From NCBI RefSeq assembly GCF_009914755.1, contig NC_060928.1: a DNA stretch of 64,000 nucleotides; one strand, 5' to 3'. Positions 13,901-32,720 of the stretch are shown one piece after another. The translations under genes and the position numbers were made by a program. Position 1 is the stretch's first letter. Every line of letters begins with the position of its first letter. The notes beneath the pieces are model-generated. The model did not search any database, was not told the origin of the DNA, and worked only from the letters and a program-made list of their open reading frames with translations. The stretch comes from the human T2T-CHM13v2.0 reference genome, Homo sapiens.

Positions 13901-14470
13901 TCTTCCATTCTCAAGGTGTCTCCTTGCCTACAGCCAGTTCCTCTGGGCTTTGGAGAACCACACACACAACCACCCACATACACACAAAACCAACCCCACC
14001 CCACATATATATATAATCAATACCAGAACAAAGAGGCATCAATGCTCTTCCTTCCTTATTTCTACCACACCTTGGACTACTCTTCTTTTTCTTTCAAGGC
14101 TAGGGTAGAGGAAATGAAGAAACAGACTTTTTAAAATAACACCAGATTTAGGAGAGTCTTCTTTTTCAAAACTTTCAACCATAGTTTTTTGGTAAACTTT
14201 CAAATATATAGGTGATTCTATATTCTTAAATATATATATATAAAATACATTTAACTTTCTTTGAATCCTTCATTGAGAATATGTTCTCCCAACATAAATT
14301 AAATCCTATAAGCAAATACAATTTGTTTTAGGATGTGGTTTCCAGAAACGTGTTTCAAGCACACTGCTTACTAATAAACGTTTTTTACAAAATAAATTCA
14401 AAAGTAAGTCTCTTACTTATTCACTTCTTTCACTTATTCAGCTACCTCTGACACAGTACTATAAGTATAA

Positions 14471-14896
<426 letters not shown>

Positions 14897-15931
14897 TAAT
14901 CACTCTCAAATAAAATGTTACAATCAAGCTTTAGCATTTAAATATATAGGGACAAATGCAAAATATAAATATATGGGTATTTGATTTTAAAATTAAGATA
15001 TGGTAACAAATCACTTTCCTTAATAAATAAAACCTGTATCTCAAAATACACTTCAATTACAAATTATGGTAAATAAAAAGTTGAGAATGGGGTAAAAAGG
15101 TGAAAAAAGAAATAAAATTAAAAGAGAAACAGACAAGAAAGGACAAATGAGAAAGACTTAACCTAACTAATTTTAACTACTCTTCACTTGAGTTAGTTCA
15201 CTATATTATGATTCACTCTCCATGAGAATTCTTGAATTAATCTCTGTTCAAAATCCTTAATCTTTAGTTTCCCTAGCAAAGTAATATCAGCACAACATCA
15301 ATACAGCTTCCATAAGCTTTAGCAGGAAACAAAACAGACTTTTCTCTAGTGTTTCAAACTCAAAGTTTCATTTCATTTCCAGAAAACCTTTTACTTATAA
15401 AATTAAAGCCAGATACCCAAAACCCAGTGTATAACTTTTCAACTCTAACATTTCTGCGAAAGGACATTATAGTGTCTGCATATATATAAAGATAGCCCTT
15501 CAAAAAGAATATAAATAGAAAAAAATCCTTCACTAATATAAGTAGGAAATTGAAAATGTTGCTATTACACTCAATATTCCTCTCATGAAATTCTCCCATT
15601 TTCATCTATGTAAAATAAAACAATTCTTCATCCTCTTTTAATATTGCTACATAAACAACATATTGTGTGAAAAAGCTGCAATAATTTTTCTTAAAAAAAT
15701 TATTTGGAAAAAGCTTTGTAACTTGAGGTTACTTTAAAAAATAGAATATTCTATAGAGTTGGTACTTTACAGACCAGTTTTATAAAGAATATGAAGCATA
15801 AGACACACCCAGAGTTCAATTCCTTGATGTCTATTCTTCTAATGTTATATTTCACTTTTTTCAGGTGTTATAACATCAAAAAGTACATTAATACCAATTA
15901 TGATTGAGATGTAAACCATATTTATTCCTAC

Positions 15932-16103
15932 CTGAGAACTCCATCTACTTGGTCTTTGGTATAGCCTTTTCCACCTTCACCACTACCAGATGTGCTGTCC
16001 TTTGTGCAATTAGGCTTGCTTTGATCGCCACTACCTGATGGTTTTCGGCAATGAGGGCTATTTCCAGCCGTGCTTCCATTTTTCATAATTATTTCCAATA
16101 GTG
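15932..16103 (-). CDS. DNAJB14: DNAJB14 exon 2 (172 bp)
   Basis: Translates (A)[56 protein letters not shown]; tttctacag| acceptor and CTCAG|gtagga donor; in frame with exons 1 and 3. Confidence 0.95.
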
Positions 16104-16399
16104 CTGTAGAAAGATAAAGTACACTATGCCTGTTTACATCAACGTACATACACAAGATCCTGAGAAGAAAGTTTTAAAGCAGACAAATTATGAAGTGTGT
16201 TCTCCAAAAAGATTCACCATAGGATCTTTTTAATTAGCACGCATTCCCCTAAGTACTTAACTGTTTACAGAACACTAATCACCATCTAGAAGTAGAATGT
16301 TAAGTTAAAGCTAGTAACTTGAGATTATAATCATTCAATTATTTATGACATAATTTTATTTGTCATATCATGTGACACTGCAGATTACCAAAGAAAAAG

Positions 16400-18650
16400 A
16401 GGTAAGTCTTTAAAGTAGCCAATGAGATCATCCACAAAGTAACAGAAATTTAGACTTCCTGTTTAATTCTCAATAGCAACAATGGGAGCCAAGATACTGG
16501 AATATTATCATCCAAATGCTCAGAAAAAATAAATTGCTAACTTGAGTTATGCACTAATTTCCCAGAAAGTGCACAAGATAAAAACATTTTCCAACAAATA
16601 GAAAATTTATCACTAAAAGATTTTCACTAGAGGATACTGTAATATATACATTTCAGGCAAAAGGAAAACATTTACAGATAGGCTGAGATGGAAAAAGGAA
16701 TGGTAAGCAAATAGTGTGGTAAATATGAGAGTAAATGTGAACAATGAGTGTAAAAAATAATTCTTATCAAGGATTTGCTTTTTAATAATCTGGGGAGGAG
16801 AAACATAAAAGTAGGGGTAGAAAGAATGTGAATGAAATAAGGTTGGCCATATATACTCATAATGGTTCAAGACAGGTGAGTGATTGGGAGTGATTATACT
16901 ATTTTTTTCTCCTTTTGTGTGTGCTTAAAACTTTCCATAATAAAAGTTAAAACTAAACATAAAAAACATTAACAAAACTAATGGAGAAAAAGGGAAATCC
17001 ATCATCATTATGGATTTTAACACATTTCAATCAGTAACTGATATAAGGTAAATTTTAAGAAATCATTGAGGATACAGATGACTTAGACATCAAATTTATA
17101 AGCTTTATCTAAGAGATATAACATTATACCCAACTAGTGAATATCTCTTTCTCACAGGCCCACATTATCGCTAGACCATAGAGTGGTCCTTTTCAAATCT
17201 CAGAGAATTATTACCATATATATATATATATATACCACAATCTATGAGCACAATACAGTTATATGAGAAATCAGTTACAAAAAATGTAACTAAAAAAATC
17301 ATAAATGGGTTGGAAAAGAAAAAACAAAATAAAAAAATCTAGACAGCTTGTGTATCAAAGAAATAACTACAATAGAAATTACAAAATACTTAGAACTGAA
17401 TAGAAATTAAAACACCAAATATCAGAACTTGTGGGTCAACAACTAGCCATCCACATGCAAAAGAATAAATTTGGACTCCATCACACTGGACACAAAAATT
17501 AACTCGGAATGGATCATGAATCTAAGTGTAAGAGCTAAAGCTTTAAAACTCTTAGAAGAAAATACAGAAGTAAATCTTCATGATGTTGATTTAGGCAAAA
17601 TATTCTTAACTACAGAAACAAAAGTAAATGTGATAAAAGGAAAACAGAGAAAATGGGCTTTATCAAAATTTAAAACTTTTGTACTTCAAAGGCTATAATC
17701 AACAGAATGGAAAAAAAAATGTTTACAAATAACATACCTGATTTTCAAAAAAAAGTATCCAGAATATATAAAGAATTCTTACAGTTCAGTAATAAAAAGA
17801 TCAAAAACACCGGTTAAAAAAACGGGTGAAGGATCTGAATAGACAATTTCTCCAAAACAAACAAACAAATGGTCAATAAGCACAAAAAAAAAGTTGCTCA
17901 ACATCATTAGCTATTAGGGAAATAAAAATCAAAACCACAAAGAGAAGTATCACTTCAAACCCACATCCAAAAGATGAACAATAGCAAATGTTGAGAAGGA
18001 TGGGGAGAAATTGGTACCCTAATAAGTTTCTAGTGAGAATGTAAAATGATGCTGCTACTTTGAAAAAATCATCTAGTAGTTCTTTAAAAAAGTAAACATA
18101 GTTACCATTTGACTCAACAATCCCATTCCTAAGTACATATCCAAGAGAAATGATATACAAAAACTGATTCACAAATGTTCATTGCAACATTATTCACAAT
18201 GGCAAAAAGATACAAACAACCAAATATCTATCAACTGATGGATAATGATATATCCAGACAATGAAATATTTTCAAAAATAAAAAGAAACAGAGTACTGAT
18301 ATGTGCTACAACATGAATGGACCTTGAAAACATTATGCTAAGTGAAAGACTCCAGTCACAAAAGATGGTATACTATACGGTTCCGTTTATATGAAATGTA
18401 CAGAACAGGCAAATCTACAGGGACAGAAAGTAAATGAATCATTGCCAAAGCTGGGGGTGCAGGGGAGGGTGGAACTGGGAATAAATGAGGAGTGACTGCT
18501 AAAGAGTAATGAGGTGTCTTTTTGAAGTAAGGAAATGTTCTAAAATTGATTTCCATAATTGTTGTGCAGCTCTGTTAAAATACTAAAGAAACACTGAATG
18601 GTATAATTGAAATGAGTGAATTGTATGGTATGTGAATTATGTCTCAATAA
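16400..18650 (+). mobile_element. Old L1M fragments (ORF2 end and 3' UTR)
   Basis: ORF 17471..17698 (KINSEWIMNLSVRAKALKLLEEN) resembles the L1 ORF2 C-terminus; L1M-type 3' end near 18600-18650. Confidence 0.75.
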
Positions 18651-18735
18651 AGCATGTATATATATATACACACACTCTCAATATTATGTCTCAATAATGT
18701 CTCAATAAAGTATGTATATATATACACACACTCAA
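18636..18735. repeat. Short tandem duplication containing (TA)n(CA)n
   Basis: atgtctcaataaag(c/t)atgtatatata...cacacactc occurs twice, with an extra atgtctcaata unit between. Confidence 0.8.
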
Positions 18736-18785
18736 CTAGGTACCAATCTAATCAGTTATTAATGAGAAATATAACATAAACAGTC

Positions 18786-19207
<422 letters not shown>

Positions 19208-19994
19208 TGACATCAGCTTAAATTTTAAATCTCTCCGAATTCCCTCATAAAGTCAGAGAAAACCTCATGCACAAAATCCCAAAATATAAGGTGGGGAAAA
19301 ACCACCAACTGCCACAAGATCTGTGTGGGCAGTGGAGTATAATACAGGGGCATTTGCCAGCCCACAGAACATAAAAAAAAATTAAAAATAAAAATAACCA
19401 ACAGGGACTCTCTATATAGCACAACAGGCAAAACTGGGAAAAGTGTGTAAAAAGGAATGAGTTTTGCCTACTACAATAGTACACAAGTGCACGGGTCCAC
19501 AATAAAGCTTTAAAGGCATGGAAGACTCTAGTCACTACATGCCCTCAAAAATAATCAATCAAAGCTCTCTTCCACAACAAAGCCACACCAAGAAGAAACT
19601 CCTGGGAACAGGACCCAAACTGAAGAGGACAGGGAAAACAAAAAAAATGAAAAGAGAAACTCCAGATAAAAGTAGGGAAGGATAAAGGAATGAGAAGATC
19701 TCATTTAGCAAGGTGACATTTTTAAACATTACACAAAAACAGAAGGATCTCTACGTATTTACCAGCACATAAAAATGAGTAAAAGAAAATGACAGAAGTC
19801 AAATCTGATACAAAATTATAAGAAAAAAAGGATGAGTATGAATTAAACCTCTGAAGACGATAAATACACACCATAAACACTTGCTAACAAAACAGATGAA
19901 CACTTTAATACTTCAAAACAAGCTGAAAAGACTAAAAAATAATGCATGATATAAAAGAACAATATATATCAAAATTACAACATCAGAAATTACT

Positions 19995-20271
19995 GGCCAG
20001 ATGCAGTGGATCACATCTGTAATCCCAGCACTTTGGGAGGCTGAGGCGGGTAGATCACCTGAGGTCAGGAGTTCAAGACTAGCCTGGTCAACATGGTGAA
20101 ATCCTGTCTCTACAAAAATACAAAAATTAGCCGGGCGTGATGACCAGTGCCTGTAATCCCAGCTACCCGGGAGGCTGAGGTGGGAGAATTGCTTGAACCT
20201 GGAGGTGGAGGTTGCAATGAGCTGAGATTGAGCCACTGCACTCCAGCCTGGGTGACAGAGCAAGACTGTCT

Positions 20272-20303
<32 letters not shown>
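19995..20303 (+). mobile_element. Alu (S-like) with long A tail
   Basis: Alu consensus. Confidence 0.92.
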
Positions 20304-20305
<2 letters not shown>

Positions 20306-21269
20306 AAAGAAAAAATTATCTCTCAAAAACTTATGTGATAAAACTCAATAAAAAATAAGACATTTTAAAAAATCAATTAAAAAAAGACTAAACTAGAAGA
20401 AACTAGACTCATAAATACAACAGGATAATGCTTAAAAGAGAAAGAAAATATACCAGAAGGAAATTTAAAACATTTTTTTAAAAAGTCAAAAAGACAAAAA
20501 AATTTCAAGAGAAAACAGCAAATATTAACAGTAAAGATCCAACATATGTACAATAGGAGTACTGAAGAAAAACAAAAAAATAGAACAAATAAACTTTTCT
20601 GACATAAAAACAAAAAATCTGAAACTATTAAATGAAAGGGCAAATCACAGACCTAATACTGACCAAGAATAACTAACACCAAGACATATTCTAATAAAAT
20701 TAAATATCTAGGCAAAAAGAGCAAATGACTTATAAAGGAGAGGAAATTAGACTGTCATCAGACTTTGTTCATCAGTAGTACTTGCATAAAACAATGGAGT
20801 AACAGATACACATGGAAAGAAAACGTACAGCAAAGACTTTCTATCCACCAAAATAACTTCAAGCAGTAAAGCCACAGATGAACTGTTTTCAACATTCTAG
20901 AATGAATGGAGCTTAGTTCCCACAAGCCCTTCTGGGAATCCACTATAAAACAGGCTTTAGGAATCCAAAATAATTACATATATGCTGACATAAGGACTGG
21001 TAGTAGTAAGCATTAAATGTATAGTTATTTATACAACTAAGACTAAATGACGGTTAAGAGAGAGCATACAGCATGTAATGACAGTATCTTCTAACACTGT
21101 AGATACGGTTTGAATATTTTCTAAATGGTGGGCTTCCCCTGTTTTTCCCTCTTCTAATAGAAAAATTATTAGGCTTCTTCCTTTCCCTTCTTTTTCCTTT
21201 TGGCATCTGGGGCTGGCAATGCCTGAATCCTGAACCAAGGAAGCTTATTGGGACTCAAGAGACAGTCAT

Positions 21270-21577
<308 letters not shown>

Positions 21578-22519
21578 TCACAACCAAAAACATGGCTGAG
21601 CTCAAGAGGGCCTGGACCAATGGGCTTTTATGTACTAAAATACATAGAAAATTTTACATAAAAGCTCGATTTTATGTAATGAAGCAATTTGTTACATAAA
21701 AGGGAAAATGAGCAAATAAGTGGGAGCCACATTTCTCATTCTGTTCTGATTCTCTAACAGAGAACAGAATCACAAACATGGAAATGGAGATGGCTGGAAT
21801 GAATCCTGTGGCATTTTACTAAAAATGGAAGTGTGTGAATATACTGTATGTGTGTGCATGTGTCACAGATACTAAAATTAATATTGACCAAATTACTATA
21901 AATATGTGTAGATCACAAACACATATAACACACATATGTACAGAAATATACATACATGCATTCACGCATACATTTATTTCCTGGCTCTGTCCACTGATAG
22001 GGCTAGAAACAATGACACTTCTGTAAGCTATGAGTTCATTTAGTATCTATATCTAGTTTCTAAATACCATTTTCCAGTAAAAGGAGTCAGGACTTCTTGG
22101 AGAACTAGCTGATTCCTAGGGCAGAGAAAGTAAAATGTGAGCCTGAAATTTTTTTGTGTTAGGAAATTTAAAAATTCAAAGAACAATGAGAACATGTCCA
22201 AAAGACACAGGAGCCAGCCTGAAGGGGCTCGCACTAACTAAATCTGAACACAAAAATAAATGATGATAATGACAGATTAAATCGGAAACCATGAATCTGT
22301 AACAGATAATTGAGGCTGAATGCTAACTGATAAATGTAGAAGGAATTATGGAATTAGAAAACCACATTTGGCAACCATCAGAAATTTTTTCAGGAAAGAA
22401 TAACCAATGGATGCTACAAAGAGACAGTGAAAGTTTGTTGAGTAACAGGACACATACACAGTTTCAAAGTATTTCCCTACAAAACATGTATTTATTACAA
22501 AGAAGAAAAGAATAACATC

Positions 22520-22832
<313 letters not shown>

Positions 22833-22927
22833 TCACTAACTTAACTAAGTGATCAAAGTAACCTCACCAGTAAGGACCAAATCAACATCATGTGTCTCCT
22901 GATATGTTACACTAAGAACACACATCA

Positions 22928-23723
<796 letters not shown>

Positions 23724-24544
23724 ATTGGCATATACTCATCAAAAATACCAAGGTCAAGAAAAAAAAAAAGATGGTATCTGGAGAATAAAACATCATGGCC
23801 ACATAAATGCGACATGTGGACATGTGCTTTTTTTTTTTTTTTTTTGCCATAAGGGGCATAATTGAGAAAACTGGCAGAATGTGAGTAAGGTGAAAGCACT
23901 GATTTCATAAACTTGATGGTTACGCTGTGATTATCTAAGAGAGTGTCCTTGTCTTAGAAAATGTATGCTCAGTTATTTAGGGGTAATGGGAGATCATGTC
24001 TACAGCTACTGTTAATTGGTTCCAGAAAAACAGACTGTGGTGTGTGTGTGTGTAGAAAGAGAAAGAGAAAGAGAGAAGGGTAGCAGAGGGGGAGAGAGAA
24101 AGGTCCTGATAAAGCAAACGTAAAAATTTTAACAAATACAAAGTAAATGAAATGTATTTGGAAATTAGTATTATTTGTATTAAGTTTGAATGATTTTATA
24201 TTTGTGTAAGTTTGTATTATTCTTGCAACTTTTCTGTAAGTTTGAAATTATTTCAAAATTTTCCAAAACTAAATGTACTAATATAAAGGGGCTCCCACTA
24301 ACCAAAAACCTAAAAAATGATAACTTGCTAGTTTTTGGAGAATGAAAAGGAATAGCCTCCTTTTCCTGAAAACTGATAAAAGCAATCAAGCATTTATCAT
24401 GATTTTCCTATATAAACGATACCACTGCATAACCATAAGACAGGTGGAGGAGGAAGTATCTCTTTATATAAATATTTCGGCCAATAAAAAAAAAAACTTT
24501 TTAAAAATTGTAGAGCCAGATATGAAAGTGGTTATATATGTTTA

Positions 24545-24914
<370 letters not shown>

Positions 24915-25795
24915 CTAATTAGAAGTTATCTGTGTGTTCCTCCTTTCATTTTTAGCACAAACATGTTCTCCCATGGTTCCTCTGGACATTTTCCATGTTA
25001 ACACCTAGATTTTGGATATTGCTAAAGCAGAATCATATAGTTGTTACAGATTTTTGGCAGTTACTATGATAATGAAGATTTTTCTGGAATTTCATGCACA
25101 GGGCTTCTGCCTAACAGTAGCTGTGTGCATACATGAGCTCATACTACACAGTCTTTGGCTCCATCAAGTGAAAATGTGGACAAGCTGTATTACTTCTGGG
25201 CCTCAAAATCTAGCTTAATCATCTTAAAAATGGAATCAGCAAAGTTGTCAGTACTAATAATCACTGGAACTGATGCCTAAGAAGATGACTCAGTTCAACT
25301 ACCATGAGAATTTAGAACACATTGGATCTTTTGGATTTATTAAATGTCTTAGCTATCACATGGGATCTCTTTTACAATAATGCGCAGTGTTACAAACATT
25401 AATTGGGATAGTACTTATAAACCAGAGAACATTCACTTTTATGAAAAATTTTATCCAATCTTATTTTATGCATTTACCTTCCAGACGTACTGCTCTACTA
25501 GGAGTTTTAACATAATCTGCATGTAATTTAGTATATTCCATATTAAAGACCAATGAAAAAGTTAATATAGAATTTAAAATATTTATGTTGATAATCCAAA
25601 AAGGAAGAACTGAGATCTATTTTTATTCTTAAGTTTCTGTTGCACTCCTATATAATGTCCACCATTAGCTGAATTGAATATCAGAACACATGATTTGAAA
25701 AACAAATAGATTTTTTCTTTTTCACAAAATACAAATAGCTTTTATTTGTGTGATTATACAAACATGTATGTTCAGCTCATTAAAAAACATAACAG

Positions 25796-26098
25796 GCCAG
25801 GCGTGGTGGCTCATGCTTGTAATCCCAGCACTTTGGGAGGCTGAGGCAGGTGGATCACTTGAGGTCAGGAGTTTGAAACCAGCCTGGTCAACATGGTGAA
25901 ACCCCGTCTCTACTAAAAACACAAAAATAAGCTGGTGTCGTGACACACGCCTGTAGTCCTAGCTACTCGGAGGCTGAGGCAAGATAATCGCTTGAACCCA
26001 GGAGGCGGAGGTTGCGGTGAGCTGAGATTGTGCCACTGCACTCCAGCCTGGGCGACAGAACGAGACACTGTCTCAAAAATAAATAAATAAATAAAATA
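25796..26098 (+). mobile_element. Alu (S-like)
   Basis: Alu consensus with (AAAT)n tail. Confidence 0.92.
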
Positions 26099-29000
26099 AC
26101 AAAGTAAAAATCACTTATAAATCCCCTTCCAACCCTCCCCCAAATCCCCCCCAAAAAATCACTATAGCCTTTTGGTTACTCTAGTTAGCTAGCTGTCTAG
26201 CTTTTTAGACATTATTAAATTAAAAAAATATAATAATCTACCTGTTTTTAGCTTAATTTTCTTCAATTGTTGACATATTAGAGATATCACCTTATAGCAA
26301 TAAACACAGGTCCATGTCATCATTTTTAATAGGTGCATAATTTATGAATGCAATGAATTTAATCAGTTTCCACTAATGGACATTTATACGCTTTCCAAAT
26401 TTTTGCTACAGAGACAATCCCTATATATATATATATTTTTTTTTTGGAACACTTGGGCTGATTATAGAAAAGCTTCATTTGTGAATATATTAATATAGAA
26501 GGCCTTATGGCTATAATATTTTCATTTAGTTATTTATTTAACAAATTATCTTTATTGAAGAGAGTAAAATTAAATAAACAGCTATCATTCCAGAAAATCC
26601 AGGCCCATAGATGTCACAAATATATGTAAAATACTGTTAGGCATCATGGGAGTAAAAAAGATAATTAAGATTAAAATAGTTCCTGACCGCTAAGGTATTT
26701 TAAATGTAGGAGAGAGACAGCTATATACACAGGCAATGTAAGGGATGAAGTCAGCAAGGCAGAAGAACTAAATGTTAACTAAGCATGGAATGAGTAGTTG
26801 AATCCAAATTAATATTACTCCTAATTTAAAGCAATTATCTTATGCTCAAATAATTACTTTAACAAATGACAGAAGAGACAAACATACTATCAACTCCAAG
26901 GTACTATTCAAGTTTTTTCCTATAGAAATAATACATGACATGCTTACAGCACTTAAGATAATAAAATATCCTCACGATAAGCCTGCGAAGATTACAAATG
27001 AGAAAGCTGAGGCTCAGGAAAGGAAGAGGTAATGACAGAAATGGAATTATTGTGTCATATACCAGATAGATACTTCATGTTTCCCCTAGAAGGTAAGCTC
27101 CATGAGGACAAGGACTCTGTCTTACTATCCACTGAATTCCCAGTTCTTAGAATATTGTCTGGGACAGAAAAATGTATATTCAGTAAAAATTTGTTGAATA
27201 AATCAAACTCCATTTTATAGATGAGGAAATTGAGGTTCGGAAAGATTAAGCTATATATCCAAGGTCACATCATTATTAAATTAAGATTCAAACCCTGAAT
27301 CAGTATTCTTTCTTCAACTGTAATATCTGAAATAATTTGGCTACTAGCTGAAATTTGGAAATCATTTTTGTAACACTTCAGTTGGTGCTATAGAAATAAT
27401 TGTTTTGAATGTATAATTTGTACTTGTCACTAAATTTCAATTAAGTCAGAAACACAAAAGACTGAAATTATCTTAAAAAGAATATGTTGGATAATACTCC
27501 AGATGTATAATGACAATTTTAAAAGCTACTTTTTAAACCATTTTAAGTAAGACAAAAAGAGACAGAACTTTGTATTTTTTATTAGATATAAATTTTAAAA
27601 TAATGTAGCAAAAAATTAGGAAGAAAAAGGACTGTTTAAATTGCTATTGTGCAGATAGATGCTGCAAATTATATACTATTCAATACATAATTTGGATTAT
27701 CATACTTATCCGTTCATTACAGTAGATGAAGAATGGCCTTTTTTGAAGCTGTAAGCCACCAATTGATTCAAATTACTACAGTGTTCCTGAAAACAATAAA
27801 AATGCTTTTCTCTTAAAAAAAAAAATCTACAAACTATTTCCCAATTATTATGAAATTGCAATGCAAAGCATTAAAACAGATTGTACCCCTCTCTGAAAAT
27901 CCAGAACATATCAATAACTCAATAAATGTACAGTTTATTCAGAAACTACAGTTACTGAGTTCTGCTTACTGACATTTTTTCTAGAATATTTATATTTTCT
28001 ATGTGGTAGCTATTCATATATATCAATACTTTAAAATATTTGAAAGTTGTACAACTGAATTCACTTAGAAGTCCACTGCAATAAGTAAACTGTAAAATAA
28101 TATTCTCAACTAAAAACATGGAAAGAAACAATATCCTAGATCCATTTGGGGATTAAGTTTTTTGTCAAGAAAAACTCTTGCCAATTTCTGAAAGTGTCTT
28201 ATGTATCAGACTTCCTACCTGGCAAAAATAAAATTTTAAGAGGACAAAAATCCTGGAATCTAGCAGGAATTTAGTCTCATGTTTTACCATGTAAGAATAA
28301 TGGAAATCAAAATGTGATCTTTTCTTTTGCCTCTCTTAGTTTAAGCATATCCAGACGAACATTCAGTCAACTTTCTGAGTTATAAGAATTTGGTGGTGGA
28401 CTAGTATAAGTGAAATTCAGGGCTAAAATTTTAAAATCTAATTGTAACCAATAGCTTCGACTTCCTTCTATATGAAATATTTTATCAGGATCTCACACAA
28501 ATGTCCTAGATCTTTCTCTCTCCTGAATTCTTAAATTGTACCAATAAACATCTTCTAGAATGTTCTATATAAAATACACTTCTCTGAGTACTGGCATATA
28601 ACTTTATTTCAGCTCACATAAATCCTGTGATGACATCTTCACTTTACATATAACTAAAGAAGGCTCAGAGGAGTTAAGTAATTTGTCACTGGTGAAAAAG
28701 GAGTCAGAGAAAACATCTGCATCTGAACTAAGGTTTTTGGACTACACAGTTATCCCCTATCACTTTATTTGGTAATCACATACTGCCTTACATTTGTACT
28801 ACCAACTTTCACCCTTACATTTCTTAATTTTTCCAACATTCATGTCCTTAAGAGCAACAAACTGTGTTGTGCTTTGGTATCTTATAATATCTTTTAGGAG
28901 ATTTATTCAAATTGTTTGCATGACAGAAGCATGATAGTGTGTACATTTGGGTGGGTTTTAAGAATTCTCAGAGCTTCACACTTGTAAAATGGGGATGACA

Positions 29001-29299
29001 CCAAAATTAATTGAGTGCTTACTGTTAAATGCTTTACCTGTATTAACCCATTTAATCCTCACAACAGCACTATGAGATCAGTACATTGTCTCCATTTTAC
29101 AGACGAAAAAGCTAAAGGCTAGAGAGGTTCTCTACCCTGCTCAAAAATAAGGTTACAAGCTAGTAGGTGGAGTCAGACTTCAAAAGCCAAGTTATTCTGT
29201 CTAGACTGCCTACTCACTTAATGTTAAAACTGTCCCTCTAGGACTAGATAATGACTAAATGAAATCATATTCAACAGTAGGGGAGGATTCAAAAATAAT

Positions 29300-30710
<1,411 letters not shown>

Positions 30711-31599
30711 TTATTAACTCTTTTCTTTCATTTTATTTTCCTGTCCTCATGGGTATAGTGTTAGAAGGCAATGTAATGGAAAGGATAGAGAGAAAAGCAA
30801 AGAGCACAGGGCTTCAACGACGTAGAGAAAAAAATTTAAGAGACAACAAAACAAGTGGCCCCATATTTTCATTAATAATTTTCTACAATTAATTGAATCT
30901 ATCGATAACTTTCTTCTTAACCTGGAAATACTAATGGCAAGGCAACAGTGTAGCGGTTAAAGGCCTTTTCGAGTCTGAAAGTTCAGCTACTATTCTGACT
31001 TTGCTACTAATTGTTGTGTGACCTTGGGTAAGATACTTTCATTCATTCGCTAATTCATTCATTAATTATCAGAAAGTCTGTTTCCACGTGGGTAAACCTG
31101 GTCAAATGAATCCTGCACCTCTACACAGAATTGTTCTGAGGAATAAATGAAATAATCCATGCAAAATGTTGGGCACAACTATTGGCACTTTGTGCTCAAT
31201 AAATGTTGGCTATTATTACTCCGAAGCCTATCGAGTAGGAAAATAAATAAGCTGACTTCAACTAAAGGAAACCCAGTACCATATTCCTCAGAGATTTGGT
31301 TCGTCGATAATCATGGTGTTATCAAATCAGATACTCTTCAGCAATCATTACTGACTCTTGACCATTCTTGCCGAAAGTGTGCTCTTCTCTTTTAAAGGAA
31401 CTCTCTCCCAGGGAAAAGCAATGTCATCTCAGGTATTCGATGTTTGCTTTGGGAACAGTTTTCTACAGATCTCAGAAACATGGAATCTGAGATTAGCCAC
31501 TAGAGTACACCATTCCTCTCACTTCGATAGGGGCCTAGGCCTTATGTAGGACTGAGAATGGGGAGGGAGGGGGCCACATAAACAACACAGATACAAATA

Positions 31600-32720
31600 A
31601 AGCCTCACTGTGGTAAGACGGGACCAGACAAGTCTCCTCCAGGGAGAATGAAACCCGGACATTTAGGACAGCGGAACGCGGAGCCGGCGGGCAGGCGGGT
31701 GCAGAGGAACCTCGCGCAGCATTCCCCGAGCCCCAGCCCGGAGCCGGGGCTGGGGCCAGGGCGGGGGTGTGTCGGGATGCTCCCCACCGGGCCTGGGGCT
31801 GGGGCTGGCTCAGACAGGCCGGGGGCCCCGCAGGCCTCCAGGAGGGGCCGAGGTGGGGGCAGGGGCGGGCTACGCGGTGGTCTGGGGATTGGGCAGGAAG
31901 AGAAGGGACGCTGAGGTCTCACCGCGGGCCGAGGGCAGTGGGTAGAGCTTCTCGGCCTTCTGCAGGAAGCGCTGGGCCTTCTCGCGGTTGCCGGCGTTCA
32001 GGGCCTCCCGGGCGATCTCGACACATTTCTCAGCCTCATCCCTGTTCCCCTCCATAGCTTGCTCCTTCTTCCGTTTCCTCCGGCAGCGCAGCTAAGAAGG
32101 GCGGAAGCCGCCGCCGCGGAGGAGGCGAGGCGGGACCGGCTGGGGGCGTGCGGCGGCAGCGGGGAGGAGCGCAGGGGACCGCGGCAGCGGCTGCGACGGC
32201 CCGGGCGGACGGGCGGGCCTCGCAGCTCCGCCTCCTCACGGCGGCCTCCCCGCCCCCCGCGGGCCCCTAGGGCGCGATCCGCATCCGTCCCGGCCCAGGA
32301 CCAACCTCCTGGGCCGGGGCGTCCGAGCTGACTCGGTGGTCCGCGCACGGCGCCAGCAGGCTCGAAGCGGACCTGCCCGGGAGGCGGACGATAGCAGCCG
32401 GGCTGCCCATCGCGGGGAGGGGTTCCGCCCGGGACCCGATTGCCGGCATTGGTAGCGCCGTGCCCTGTGACCTCCAGGCGAGGCCCTCGCAGCTCAGGCC
32501 AGGAGGACAGGGTCCGGGAAGGGAACACTCGTTTTCAGTAAAATTGCCAGGACTTGGAGGTTCCGCCTCTGGGCCCCTCAAGCGAGGGAGGATGCGGTCA
32601 GGTGAGGACCAAGGTGTCAGTCCAGTCTCAGCACTTCCGGGACACGTTAGAGCGTCGTTTGAACCTAATCTTAGGGCTTGTATGGCAGCCTTATTTCAGC
32701 TACATTTTTTCTGACCCGGA
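31600..32720. promoter_or_regulatory. DNAJB14: CpG island / promoter of DNAJB14
   Basis: GC/CpG-rich block around exon 1 with GC boxes and an ETS motif CCGGAAGT (minus) at 32633-32640; no obvious TATA box. Confidence 0.88.
31923..32055 (-). CDS. DNAJB14: DnaJ homolog subfamily B member 14, coding exon 1 (133 bp)
   Basis: Translates [44 protein letters not shown] plus G; Kozak-like gctATGG; donor CCGCG|gtgaga; phase 1. Confidence 0.96.

Noticed and set aside
21738-21770. 10-bp inverted repeat attctgttct / agaacagaat
   Set aside because: Short, AT-rich and isolated within old L1 sequence; plausible by chance.
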